Assembly (NCBI GenBank): GCA_051006195.1
Contig: JBPCIP010000069.1
Location: forward strand, 5,480 to 69,479
Length of the DNA stretch: 64,000 bases
Origin: Pyrinomonadaceae bacterium
GTDB taxonomy: Bacteria; Acidobacteriota; Blastocatellia; Pyrinomonadales; Pyrinomonadaceae
Reading direction: 5' to 3'
Made by a program: the position numbers and the translations under genes. Under the pieces are notes generated by a model. It made no database searches. It was not told the DNA's origin and saw only the letters and a list, made by a program, of their open reading frames with translations. Positions within the stretch are counted from its first letter, which is position 1; every line of letters begins with the position of its first letter. Shown in pieces: positions 19,227-28,966 of the stretch.

Positions 19227-19290
19227 AGCAGCAAGAGAGTTTTATTCTTTCGACAGGCGCGACGGTTGCGAACCGCGCGCCTGTTGTGCA

Positions 19291-20451
19291 ATGAAGAACC
19301 TTCAATTCAAACCAGGACAAAAAGGCGACGGCAGGCTTAAGCGGAAGTTGAGCGGCTTCGCCCGGCATTTATGGGACGAGTGGACGCGCCTCGCGCTGCC
19401 CGTGGCAAACGCTGCTGTCGTCGTCGCCGTCTCCGGCGGCGCGGACTCGACCGCGCTGCTGCTGGCCTGCGATGAGTTGCTCAAGTCGCGCCGGCTCGCG
19501 TTGAAGTTGATCGTGGCGCACCTGAATCACGAATTGCGCGGGGCGGCGGGCGCGGCGGATGCGCGTTGGGTCGGGGAGTTGGCGGGCGGGTTGGGATATG
19601 AAGTGGCGTCGGGGCGCGCGGCGGTGAAGCAGCGAGCGCGAGAAACGCGGGATAATTTGGAGCAGGCGGCGCGGCGCGAGCGTTACGAATTTCTGGCGCG
19701 GGTGGCGCGCGAGTGGGGAGCGCGTGCAGTTGTCGTGGCTCACACATTGGACGATCAAGCGGAGACGGTGTTGCTGGCATTGCTGCGCGGAAGCGGAGCG
19801 GAAGGATTGAGCGGGATGAGCGTGGCGCGCACACTCGATGCGCGGGGCGATGGTCTGCTGTTGGTGCGCCCGTTGCTCAATTGGGCACGGCGGTCGGAGA
19901 CAGGGAAGTACTGCGCGGCGCGGGGCGTCGTCGTGCGCGCGGACGAGATGAACGAGGACGAGAAATTTTCGCGTGTGCGGGTGCGCCGACAGTTGTTGCC
20001 ATTGTTGGAAACTTTCAACCCGCGCGCGGCGGAAACGCTGGCCCGCACCGCCGAACTGTTGAGAGCGGATGCGGAAGCGTTGCAAGCACAGGCCGCGGCT
20101 TTGTTGGCGGAAGCTTCTCAGCTTTCAGCGAGAACATTGGGAGCGAAGAGCAACGAGAGCGACGCGCAGTTGAATGATGAGGATGCTGCGATGCGGCACC
20201 CGCCGGCGTTGAACGTCGAAGTGCTGCGCGGGGCGGAGGTGGCCTTGCGCAGGCGGGCGTTGCGGCAGTGGATCGCGGCAGGGCGCGGGAGTTTGCGGCG
20301 CGTGGAGTCGGTGCATGTGGCGGCAGTCGAAAAATTGCTGGAGGCGGGGCGGGGCGGGCGCGTGGCGCAGTTGCCGGGCGGGAGCATGGTGGAGCGGCGG
20401 AGCGGGCTGTTGTTGTTTCATCAGCAGCGGATTCGGGCGGGGAAGAGTTGA
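19291..20451 (+). CDS. tilS: tRNA(Ile)-lysidine synthase
   Basis: PP-loop VAVSGGADSTALLL; conserved tilS-hpt-ftsH order. Confidence 0.9.
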   Translation: MKNLQFKPGQKGDGRLKRKLSGFARHLWDEWTRLALPVANAAVVVAVSGGADSTALLLACDELLKSRRLALKLIVAHLNHELRGAAGAADARWVGELAGGLGYEVASGRAAVKQRARETRDNLEQAARRERYEFLARVAREWGARAVVVAHTLDDQAETVLLALLRGSGAEGLSGMSVARTLDARGDGLLLVRPLLNWARRSETGKYCAARGVVVRADEMNEDEKFSRVRVRRQLLPLLETFNPRAAETLARTAELLRADAEALQAQAAALLAEASQLSARTLGAKSNESDAQLNDEDAAMRHPPALNVEVLRGAEVALRRRALRQWIAAGRGSLRRVESVHVAAVEKLLEAGRGGRVAQLPGGSMVERRSGLLLFHQQRIRAGKS

Positions 20452-20553
20452 AAAAGGTGCAGGAGAGATTTAGAATCGAAAATGTCGCACATGGCTGCTC
20501 ACATTTCGCGGGCGGCCATTGCTTTTCACGGACGGTTTTCGAGGCGGAACAAA

Positions 20554-21060
20554 ATGGCTGAAGGCATTCTGGAAATTCACAGTGCGGCGGAGATCGCAGG
20601 GCGTGTCGAGACGCTCGCGACTGACATCTCGCAGGCTTATGCGGGGCGTGAATTGACCGTGCTCGGCGTGGCGGAAGACGGTTTTATGTTTATCGCAGAT
20701 CTCTTGCGCCGCATCGATATGCCGCTACGGACGGCCTTCGTGCGCTACGATCATCGCTCGCTCGGCGGCGTGCAGGATTTGCACTTCAGCACTCAGTTGG
20801 ACTTGACGCGGCGCGACGTATTGCTCGTCGAAGGCGTGATGGAGACCGGCGTGACGCAGGAATATCTCGTCAAGCAACTCGAATCGCGCGGGGCGGCGAG
20901 CATCAAGTTGTGCGTGCTCGTCGATAAAGTTGATCGCCGGCGGGTCGCGCTCGAACCCGACTGGCGGGCGTTTGAGACGCACGAGGATTACGTCTTCGGT
21001 TATGGTCTGGGCTTTCAGGAGCGGTGGCGGAATTTACCGTTTCTGGCGCGTCCTGCTTGA
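20554..21060 (+). CDS. hpt: Hypoxanthine phosphoribosyltransferase-like protein
   Basis: Type I PRTase layout. The PRPP loop reads VLLVEGVMETGVT (the usual form is VEDIxDTG). Start taken at MAEGILEI. Conserved context. Confidence 0.75.
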   Translation: MAEGILEIHSAAEIAGRVETLATDISQAYAGRELTVLGVAEDGFMFIADLLRRIDMPLRTAFVRYDHRSLGGVQDLHFSTQLDLTRRDVLLVEGVMETGVTQEYLVKQLESRGAASIKLCVLVDKVDRRRVALEPDWRAFETHEDYVFGYGLGFQERWRNLPFLARPA

Positions 21061-21260
21061 GAAGTATTGGCGCGATGTTTGGTGTTTGACGGCAAGGCGA
21101 GCGGGACTGAGAGGCGCAACGCGGCGCGCACCGCAAGCATCTCAAGATGGCGTCGTAGAGAGCCGGGTTTATAAAGGGCGTCAGCATGTGCGCTCCCTTT
21201 TCCGGCAGGTAGCGAGCGAGAGGATTTGTGTGGGAGAGACAACGGATGCCGAAATGAGTT

Positions 21261-23216
<1,956 letters not shown>

Positions 23217-23251
23217 GTAAGACAAGAGGAAAGCAGTAAAGGGGTATTTAG

Positions 23252-23286
23252 AAGGGGAAGGGGAGAATATCCCTTTCCCCTTTTTT
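23252..23286 (+). terminator. Intrinsic terminator of ftsH
   Basis: aaggggaagggg-agaatat-ccctttcccctt followed by a T6 run. Confidence 0.8.
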
Positions 23287-23403
23287 CATCTTTATCGTCA
23301 GCGTCAAACATCTGTTCGCAGAGGCTCTGTGATAGTTGTCAGGATCGGTGTAAGGCATTTAATTTTGAGCGCGTAGCAGACCACTGTTTCTAAATCAGTT
23401 CTT

Positions 23404-23658
23404 ATGACATTGGGACACTCGAAAATCGTTGGTCCAGCACATACCCTCGATGTTTATTGGCTTTCAAGCAAGTTGCCCGAAAGTGTCTGTCCCAATCTTG
23501 TAAGGACTGATTTAGAACTTCCGGCTCGTACCGGACACAAACTTTACGAATTTGGCTTTGTCGGCGCGCAGCCAGGTCGCTGGCGGGTTTGGGCTGTAAA
23601 CTCTAACGGTGACGAGGGGCCAAAATCTCAGTGGTGGGGATTCCGCTACACACAATGA
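23404..23658 (+). CDS. Hypothetical small protein (possible Fn3-like fragment) in a GC-poor islet
   Basis: 84-aa ORF ending ...GRWRVWAVNSNGDEGPKSQWWGFRYTQ. GC is lower than in the flanks. No assignable family. Confidence 0.35.
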   Translation: MTLGHSKIVGPAHTLDVYWLSSKLPESVCPNLVRTDLELPARTGHKLYEFGFVGAQPGRWRVWAVNSNGDEGPKSQWWGFRYTQ

Positions 23659-23704
23659 TAATTGCCAGCGTAAGAGAGAAGACGCGCGGAGCGCGTAAGG
23701 GAGC

Positions 23705-23992
23705 TTACATTGATTTCCAGTCCGCGCCCGCCATTAAACCGGCGACGGATAAATCTTCATCTATCTCAGGCCAGTGTAAGCTCGTGCCGCCGCCGCCGAT
23801 CTCACAGCGCGCCCGTTGCTCCGGTGTCGCTTCCCTTAACAATGGAAACCAGATGAGCGGCACGCTGACGATGCGTCCGTCGGTGAGTAACACGCGCATC
23901 ATCTCGTCGTCAAACTCGACCGTCTTGGCGAGGGCTGAGGTCGGCACATACGCCCGCGCTGAATCACGGTTGTTCTTCGCTAAAGTGCTCAT
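23705..23992 (-). CDS. DUF2442 domain protein
   Basis: MSTLAK...VEFDDEMMRVLLTDGRIVSVPLIWFPLLREATPEQRARCEIGGGGTSLHWPEIDEDLSVAGLMAG matches the DUF2442 pattern. The start is uncertain. Confidence 0.7.
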   Translation of the reverse strand: MSTLAKNNRDSARAYVPTSALAKTVEFDDEMMRVLLTDGRIVSVPLIWFPLLREATPEQRARCEIGGGGTSLHWPEIDEDLSVAGLMAGADWKSM

Positions 23993-24209
23993 TCCAAGCC
24001 TCCAGAAATTGCGCCCGGTGTTGCCCGACGAGATATTCGATTTCATTCAGCTCGCGCCCTCTGAAACCGTAATTGAAAGCTAACCCGATGGGATCGAGCC
24101 AGAACTTAGCTTCGTTCTCCGCCGCTTTGATGTGAATGTGCGGCGGCTCTTGTCCCTCGTTACTGAAAAAGAAGAAGCGAAGGCGGCCTGCTCGCAACAC
24201 CGTCGGCAT
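23964..24209 (-). CDS. DUF4160 domain protein
   Basis: FFFFSNEGQEPPHIHIKAAENEAKFWLDP is the characteristic DUF4160 N-terminus. It is paired with the DUF2442 gene, as is commonly seen. Confidence 0.75.
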   Translation of the reverse strand: MPTVLRAGRLRFFFFSNEGQEPPHIHIKAAENEAKFWLDPIGLAFNYGFRGRELNEIEYLVGQHRAQFLEAWNEHFSEEQP

Positions 24210-24347
24210 ACTGTTATCTTAGGCGGTGAAATTATCATACGCAAGCGGTCTCGCGGTGATAGTCTTTGCGCTTTTGGTCTATCAACCAATGAATAATGCA
24301 ATTGAAGGGTTTACCGGCCATTGTGCACACCGCGAGGTAGCCGCTTG

Positions 24348-25214
24348 ATGACGCCCGCCCGCGAATGGCAACTTGCACGTCGCACGCTCGCGTTGGGCGG
24401 GCGCACGCTCATCATGGGCGTCTTAAATGTGACGCCGGATAGCTTCAGCGATGGCGGGCGATTTTACGATCCTGGAAAGGCCGTCGCACATGCCGAAGAG
24501 ATGTTGAGTGCGGGCGCGGACATCATCGACATCGGCGGCGAATCAACGAGGCCGGGCGGCGAAGCGGTGAGTGCGGATGAAGAGTTGCGGCGCGTCCTCC
24601 CCGTCGTCGAACGATTAGCTAAATTGCCGAACGTCGTCGTCTCCATCGACACGACGAAGGCGGAAGTGGCTCGCGCCGCGCTTGACGCCGGGGCGGAGAT
24701 CATCAACGACATCTCCGCACTCCGGTTCGATGCGCAGGTCGCGGATGAAGCGGCGCGTAGCAGCGCAGGACTCGTGCTCATGCACTCGCGCGGCACACCG
24801 GATACCTTGCATCAACTTCCGCCCGTCGCCGAGATTGTCGCGGAGGTGGTCAACAGTCTGCGCCGCAGCATCGCGTTGGCGGAACAGCATGGCGTTTCGC
24901 GCGCCGCCATCGCCATTGATCCCGGCATCGGCTTCGGCAAAAGTCAGGCGCAGAATGTGGAGTTGCTCGCGCGGCTGGCTCATTTAAAGCGGGAGTTCGC
25001 GGATTTGCCGCTCCTCGTCGGCACGTCGCGCAAGTCGTTCATCGGGAGATTGCTTGACAATGCTGCTATCGAAGACCGGCTGCACGGCACGATGGCGACA
25101 ATCACGGCAGCCATCCTGCATGGGGCGGATATCGTCCGCGTCCACGACGTGCGCGCCGCCGTCGAAACTGCGCGTGTGGCGGATGCAATAAAAGCCGTGG
25201 CTCGTGAATCGTGA
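24348..25214 (+). CDS. folP: Dihydropteroate synthase
   Basis: IMGVLNVTPDSFSDGG, DIGGESTRPG, GTSRKSFIG. The ATG at 24348 is preferred over the upstream TTG at 24321. Confidence 0.93.
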   Translation: MTPAREWQLARRTLALGGRTLIMGVLNVTPDSFSDGGRFYDPGKAVAHAEEMLSAGADIIDIGGESTRPGGEAVSADEELRRVLPVVERLAKLPNVVVSIDTTKAEVARAALDAGAEIINDISALRFDAQVADEAARSSAGLVLMHSRGTPDTLHQLPPVAEIVAEVVNSLRRSIALAEQHGVSRAAIAIDPGIGFGKSQAQNVELLARLAHLKREFADLPLLVGTSRKSFIGRLLDNAAIEDRLHGTMATITAAILHGADIVRVHDVRAAVETARVADAIKAVARES

Positions 25215-25247
25215 ATAGAACAAAACATGTCTTCACCTATTCACGAT
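25203..25247. repeat. Heptamer-based hairpin at the folP 3' end
   Basis: Tandem cgtgaat cgtgaat (25203-25216). atcgtgaatag (25208-25218) pairs with ctattcacgat (25237-25247). The folP stop codon is the TGA of the second heptamer. Confidence 0.7.
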
Positions 25248-25323
25248 GGTTGTTTGACACGCTTTGCCTGCGAATCGTATCGTGCGGCGTTTGTAGTTGG
25301 CGTCAGTCGGGAAAGGTTGTGAA

Positions 25324-25881
25324 ATGAAGTTTGCATTAAAACTCTGTCGCGGGGTGGCGTTGTCGGCCTTGCTGGTTTGTGTGTCGGGCTTTACTGAATG
25401 TTACAAGCCGGTGACGAAGAGCGGGTTGCCCACGCATATTCGCACAGTGGCTGTCCCGGCTTTTCAGAATCAGGCGTTGCGCTACAAGATCGAGTCGCGT
25501 TTTACGGAGGCCGTCTCGAACGAGATCATCCGGCGCGGGCAGGGCTTGCGCGTGCAGAGCGAGCCGGAGGGCGCGGACGCGGTAATCGATGGCGTCATCC
25601 GCAACTTCGCTTTCGCCGGCGTGCTGCTCGACGAACGCGGGCGGGCGCGCATCTTCGAGGTGACGATTACCGGCGCGGTGACGGTGCGCGATCAAGTACA
25701 GAACCGCGTGCTCTATGATAATCAGAACTACGTCTATCGCGGCGAGTTCGAGTTTACGAACGACCCGCGCACCTTCTTCAATGAAGAAGACCCGGCGGTG
25801 CAGCGCATGGCGCGCAACTTCGCCGAGTCGCTGGTCTCAACGCTCGTCAACGGCTTTGGCGTCAATGAAGAAAAGAAATGA
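25324..25881 (+). CDS. lptE: LPS-assembly lipoprotein LptE-like
   Basis: Signal peptide plus VAVPAFQNQALRYKIESRFTEAVSNEIIRRG...DAVIDGVI pattern. It lies immediately upstream of holA, the classical lptE-holA order. Confidence 0.65.
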   Translation: MKFALKLCRGVALSALLVCVSGFTECYKPVTKSGLPTHIRTVAVPAFQNQALRYKIESRFTEAVSNEIIRRGQGLRVQSEPEGADAVIDGVIRNFAFAGVLLDERGRARIFEVTITGAVTVRDQVQNRVLYDNQNYVYRGEFEFTNDPRTFFNEEDPAVQRMARNFAESLVSTLVNGFGVNEEKK

Positions 25882-26879
25882 GCACGCTGACACGCGAAGC
25901 ATTGCGGCGCGAGTTGAAGGAAAAGCGCGTCGCGCCGCTCTACCTGCTCCACGGGGCGGAAGACTTTTTGCGTGATTTGGCCGCGCGTCGCATCTCGGAC
26001 GAAGCGTTGCGCGGCGCGAATTTGCGCGAGTTCAACGAAGCGAGTTTCAGCCTTGCCAGCATGGATGTGCAGCAGGCGATTGCCGCCGCCGAGCAGCTTC
26101 CCATGATGGCTGAACGTCGCGTCGTGCGCATCACGGACTTCGCCAAACTGAAGGAGGGGGATGAGGGCGCGCTCCTGCGCTATCTGGCGCGCCCGGCGAC
26201 CAGTTCCGTCGTCATCTTCATCGCGGATGAACTGGACAAGCGGCGCAAGCTGTCGAAGACGTTGATGGAGGCTTGCGTGAGCGTCGAATTCGCGCCGCTC
26301 TCAGACAACGAATTGAGCGTGTGGGCGCGCGATTATCTGAAGAAGTTGAAAGCCGGGGCCGATGAGCGCACGCTCCGGCAGATCATCGGGCTGGTGGGCA
26401 CAAGCGTGCGACGGCTCGCCAATGAGTTGAATAAACTGGCGACCGCCGCGTTGCCCGGCGGACTCATCACGATGGAGTTGGTGGAAACGCTGGGTGTTCG
26501 TTCGCGCGAGTTATCGAATTTTGAATTGACGGATCATCTGGTAGCCGGAGACCGCAGACGTGCGCTGCAAACCCTGCAACGCTTGCTCGACGACGGCGCG
26601 GAACCAGTGATGCTCGTCGGGCTGATCGCGAGCAGTTATCACCGCCTCGCCCTCGCCAAAGAATTGATGTCGGGCGGGAAGCCGAAAGAGGAAGTTTTCC
26701 GGCTCGTCCCGATGCCCTACGGCAAGCGCGAAGATTTTCTCGCCACCGCCCGCCGCACCGACGCGGCAGACCTCACGCGCCGCCTCGCGCGCATCGCCTC
26801 CGCCGATCTCGCCATCAAAACCTCACTCGGCACGCCCCGCCTCCAACTCGAACTGCTTATCTGTGAACTGTCCGGCTAA
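25878..26879 (+). CDS. holA: DNA polymerase III delta subunit
   Basis: 333 aa, APLYLLHGAEDFL N-terminus. Its ATGA overlap with the lptE stop suggests coupling. Confidence 0.85.
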   Translation: MSTLTREALRRELKEKRVAPLYLLHGAEDFLRDLAARRISDEALRGANLREFNEASFSLASMDVQQAIAAAEQLPMMAERRVVRITDFAKLKEGDEGALLRYLARPATSSVVIFIADELDKRRKLSKTLMEACVSVEFAPLSDNELSVWARDYLKKLKAGADERTLRQIIGLVGTSVRRLANELNKLATAALPGGLITMELVETLGVRSRELSNFELTDHLVAGDRRRALQTLQRLLDDGAEPVMLVGLIASSYHRLALAKELMSGGKPKEEVFRLVPMPYGKREDFLATARRTDAADLTRRLARIASADLAIKTSLGTPRLQLELLICELSG

Positions 26880-26913
26880 CCCGAAGCGAAGTGCGGCTGC
26901 ATTATTTCATCCG

Positions 26914-27351
26914 TTAGAAATCCAGCGGCTTCAAGTCCGGCTCGACCCACGACTGTTTTGCTTCTCCTGACTCAATGCGCTCGCGGCTGTAATACTCGAA
27001 GACGAGACGTGAATGGTCGTAAACGGTGAGCAGTTCGTTGGCCTGTTCCGTGAGCGAGTGGGTGGTTTCCGCCCGGTCGAGAAAGTGGCGCACGAGCTTG
27101 AGCCAGAAGCGGGTGAGCGTTTCGTGGTAGCCATCGGAGTTGTGATGTTTGGTGAAGCGATGCAAGCCTGCACGCATGCGTTCCACGGCTGCCGGGGCGG
27201 GCAGTTGAGACAGATACCAGAAGGCGACGGTGAGATGTGCGTGATGGTTGAATTCGGAAGGCTCGATGCTACAGGACTCGAAATTCTGCACTAATTGCTC
27301 AATCTCTGCGAGGTCGTGAAAATAATTTTGCTCGCGGCCTGTGACGTTCAT
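26914..27351 (-). CDS. Conserved hypothetical protein
   Basis: 145-aa ORF with coding-like composition (…DGYHETLTRFWLKLVRHFL…). No family recognised. Confidence 0.55.
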   Translation of the reverse strand: MNVTGREQNYFHDLAEIEQLVQNFESCSIEPSEFNHHAHLTVAFWYLSQLPAPAAVERMRAGLHRFTKHHNSDGYHETLTRFWLKLVRHFLDRAETTHSLTEQANELLTVYDHSRLVFEYYSRERIESGEAKQSWVEPDLKPLDF

Positions 27352-27383
27352 CTTTCACCTCCGGGGTAGAACCGAAATAAAAG

Positions 27384-27420
27384 CAGCGAGGCGGATCGAA
27401 TTGCTCGATCCGCCTCGCTG
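27384..27420 (-). terminator. Intrinsic terminator of rpsT
   Basis: cagcgaggcggatcga-attgc-tcgatccgcctcgctg, followed on the minus strand by cttttatttc. Confidence 0.75.
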
Positions 27421-27446
27421 TCGTCAAGTCGTTTGAAAAAAAAGTG

Positions 27447-27716
27447 TTACTGCGCGCCGATTTGGTTGACGCGGGTGGTCAGCCGCGATTTATAACGCGC
27501 GGCGGCGTTTCTGTGCAGGACGCCTTTTTGCACGGACTTATCAATGGATGAAATTGTCTGTGACAGCACGGCCTGAAGCGCGTCTTTATCGCCTACGGTG
27601 ATGGCGGCGCGCAGTTTCTTGATTTCCGTGCGTAGACGGGTGCGATTGCTGCGATTGATCGATTTGCGCCGTTCGTTCTGGCGCATACGCTTTTCGGCTG
27701 ATTTATGATTAGGCAT
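27447..27716 (-). CDS. rpsT: 30S ribosomal protein S20
   Basis: MPNHKSAEKRMRQNERRKSINRSNRTRLRTEIKKL..., 89 aa. The longer ORF start at 27944 is rejected. Confidence 0.95.
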   Translation of the reverse strand: MPNHKSAEKRMRQNERRKSINRSNRTRLRTEIKKLRAAITVGDKDALQAVLSQTISSIDKSVQKGVLHRNAAARYKSRLTTRVNQIGAQ

Positions 27717-27809
27717 CTTCTGAAACTCCGTCGGAAATCCAAAGAACTTGTAATGCTGATGGGCTGCGCTGGCGACAATCAGCAATTTGGCTGTCAGCGC
27801 AAAAGGCAA

Positions 27810-27838
27810 AGTATAGGTATCAGGAGTGGCTGTGTCAA
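27810..27838 (-). promoter_or_regulatory. Candidate sigma70-type promoter of rpsT
   Basis: On the minus strand: TTGACA (27838-27833), 17 nt, TATACT (27815-27810), about 90 nt upstream of the rpsT ATG. Confidence 0.5.
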
Positions 27839-28011
27839 GGTGCGGCGTTCGGCAAGCGGGCGAGCAACCGCCCGACTTCGTTGACACATGTGGGGGCATG
27901 TAGTAGCGTTTTACCTGCAATATGCCGAAACCGAAATTGCTCACCTGCCGCCGCTCCTGACTCCTGCGATAATGAACCTCCGCCCACGATTAAGGAGATA
28001 ACAAGCTCACT

Positions 28012-28965
28012 TTGAAGAAAATCGAACTACCGCCACGAGGAATTGAAACGCTCTTCGGCGTCCACGACCAGAACATCAAACATCTGGAATCATTGCTCGA
28101 CGTGCGCATCGACGCGCGCGGTCAGGATTTGACCATTGACGGCGACCCGAAAGATGTCGCCACGGTCGAGAAGATACTCGAAGACTTCACCGCGCTTTTC
28201 ACCGAAGGTAAAACCTTCACCGACCGCGAACTGCGCGAAGCCTTCGCCCAGATCGCCGAAGACCGCGCTTATTCGCTGCGCGACTATTTCACCAAAGCGC
28301 GCTTCAACCCGGCGGGCAAAAAACAGGTCGCGCCCAAGTCCGCCAACCAACGCCACTACATCGAGGCCATCCAAAATAAAGATGTCGTCTTTGGCGTCGG
28401 CGTGGCTGGGACTGGGAAGACCTATTTGGCTGTGGCGATGGCGATACAGGCGTTGATGCAGAAGCAGGTGAGCCGCATCGTGCTGGCGCGCCCGGCTGTG
28501 GAAGCGGGCGAGAAGTTGGGTTTCCTGCCGGGCGATTTGCAGGACAAGGTTGACCCTTACCTGCGCCCGCTCTACGACGCGCTCTTCGATTTGATCGAAG
28601 CCGAACGCGTCACGAAGCTCCTGGAGAAGCGCGTCATCGAAGTCGCGCCGCTCGCCTTCATGCGGGGTCGCACACTTGCAGATGCTTTCATCATCCTCGA
28701 CGAAGCGCAGAACACGACGAGCGAGCAGATGAAGATGTTTCTCACGCGCATCGGCTTCGGCTCGAAGGCCGTCATCACGGGCGACGTGACGCAGATCGAT
28801 TTGCCGACGGGCAAACGCAGCGGCCTCGTCGAAGCCGAGCGCATCCTTTCCAAAGTCGAAGGCATCGAGTTCGTTTATTTCACGGATAAAGATGTCGTGC
28901 GCCATCGCCTCGTGCAACTGATCATCAGGGCTTACGAAAATCATTCGAGCAAGAGCGGTTTGTGA
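28012..28965 (+). CDS. phoH: PhoH-family ATPase (PhoH/YbeZ)
   Basis: TTG start with AAGGAG 15 nt upstream. Walker [15 protein letters not shown], Walker [10 protein letters not shown]. Confidence 0.92.
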   Translation: MKKIELPPRGIETLFGVHDQNIKHLESLLDVRIDARGQDLTIDGDPKDVATVEKILEDFTALFTEGKTFTDRELREAFAQIAEDRAYSLRDYFTKARFNPAGKKQVAPKSANQRHYIEAIQNKDVVFGVGVAGTGKTYLAVAMAIQALMQKQVSRIVLARPAVEAGEKLGFLPGDLQDKVDPYLRPLYDALFDLIEAERVTKLLEKRVIEVAPLAFMRGRTLADAFIILDEAQNTTSEQMKMFLTRIGFGSKAVITGDVTQIDLPTGKRSGLVEAERILSKVEGIEFVYFTDKDVVRHRLVQLIIRAYENHSSKSGL

Positions 28966-28966
28966 T

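Noticed and set aside
23631-24083. 150-aa + strand ORF across the DUF2442/DUF4160 genes.
   Set aside because: It is antisense to two ORFs with clear family signatures (PPHIHI..., WPEIDEDL...) and has no motif of its own.
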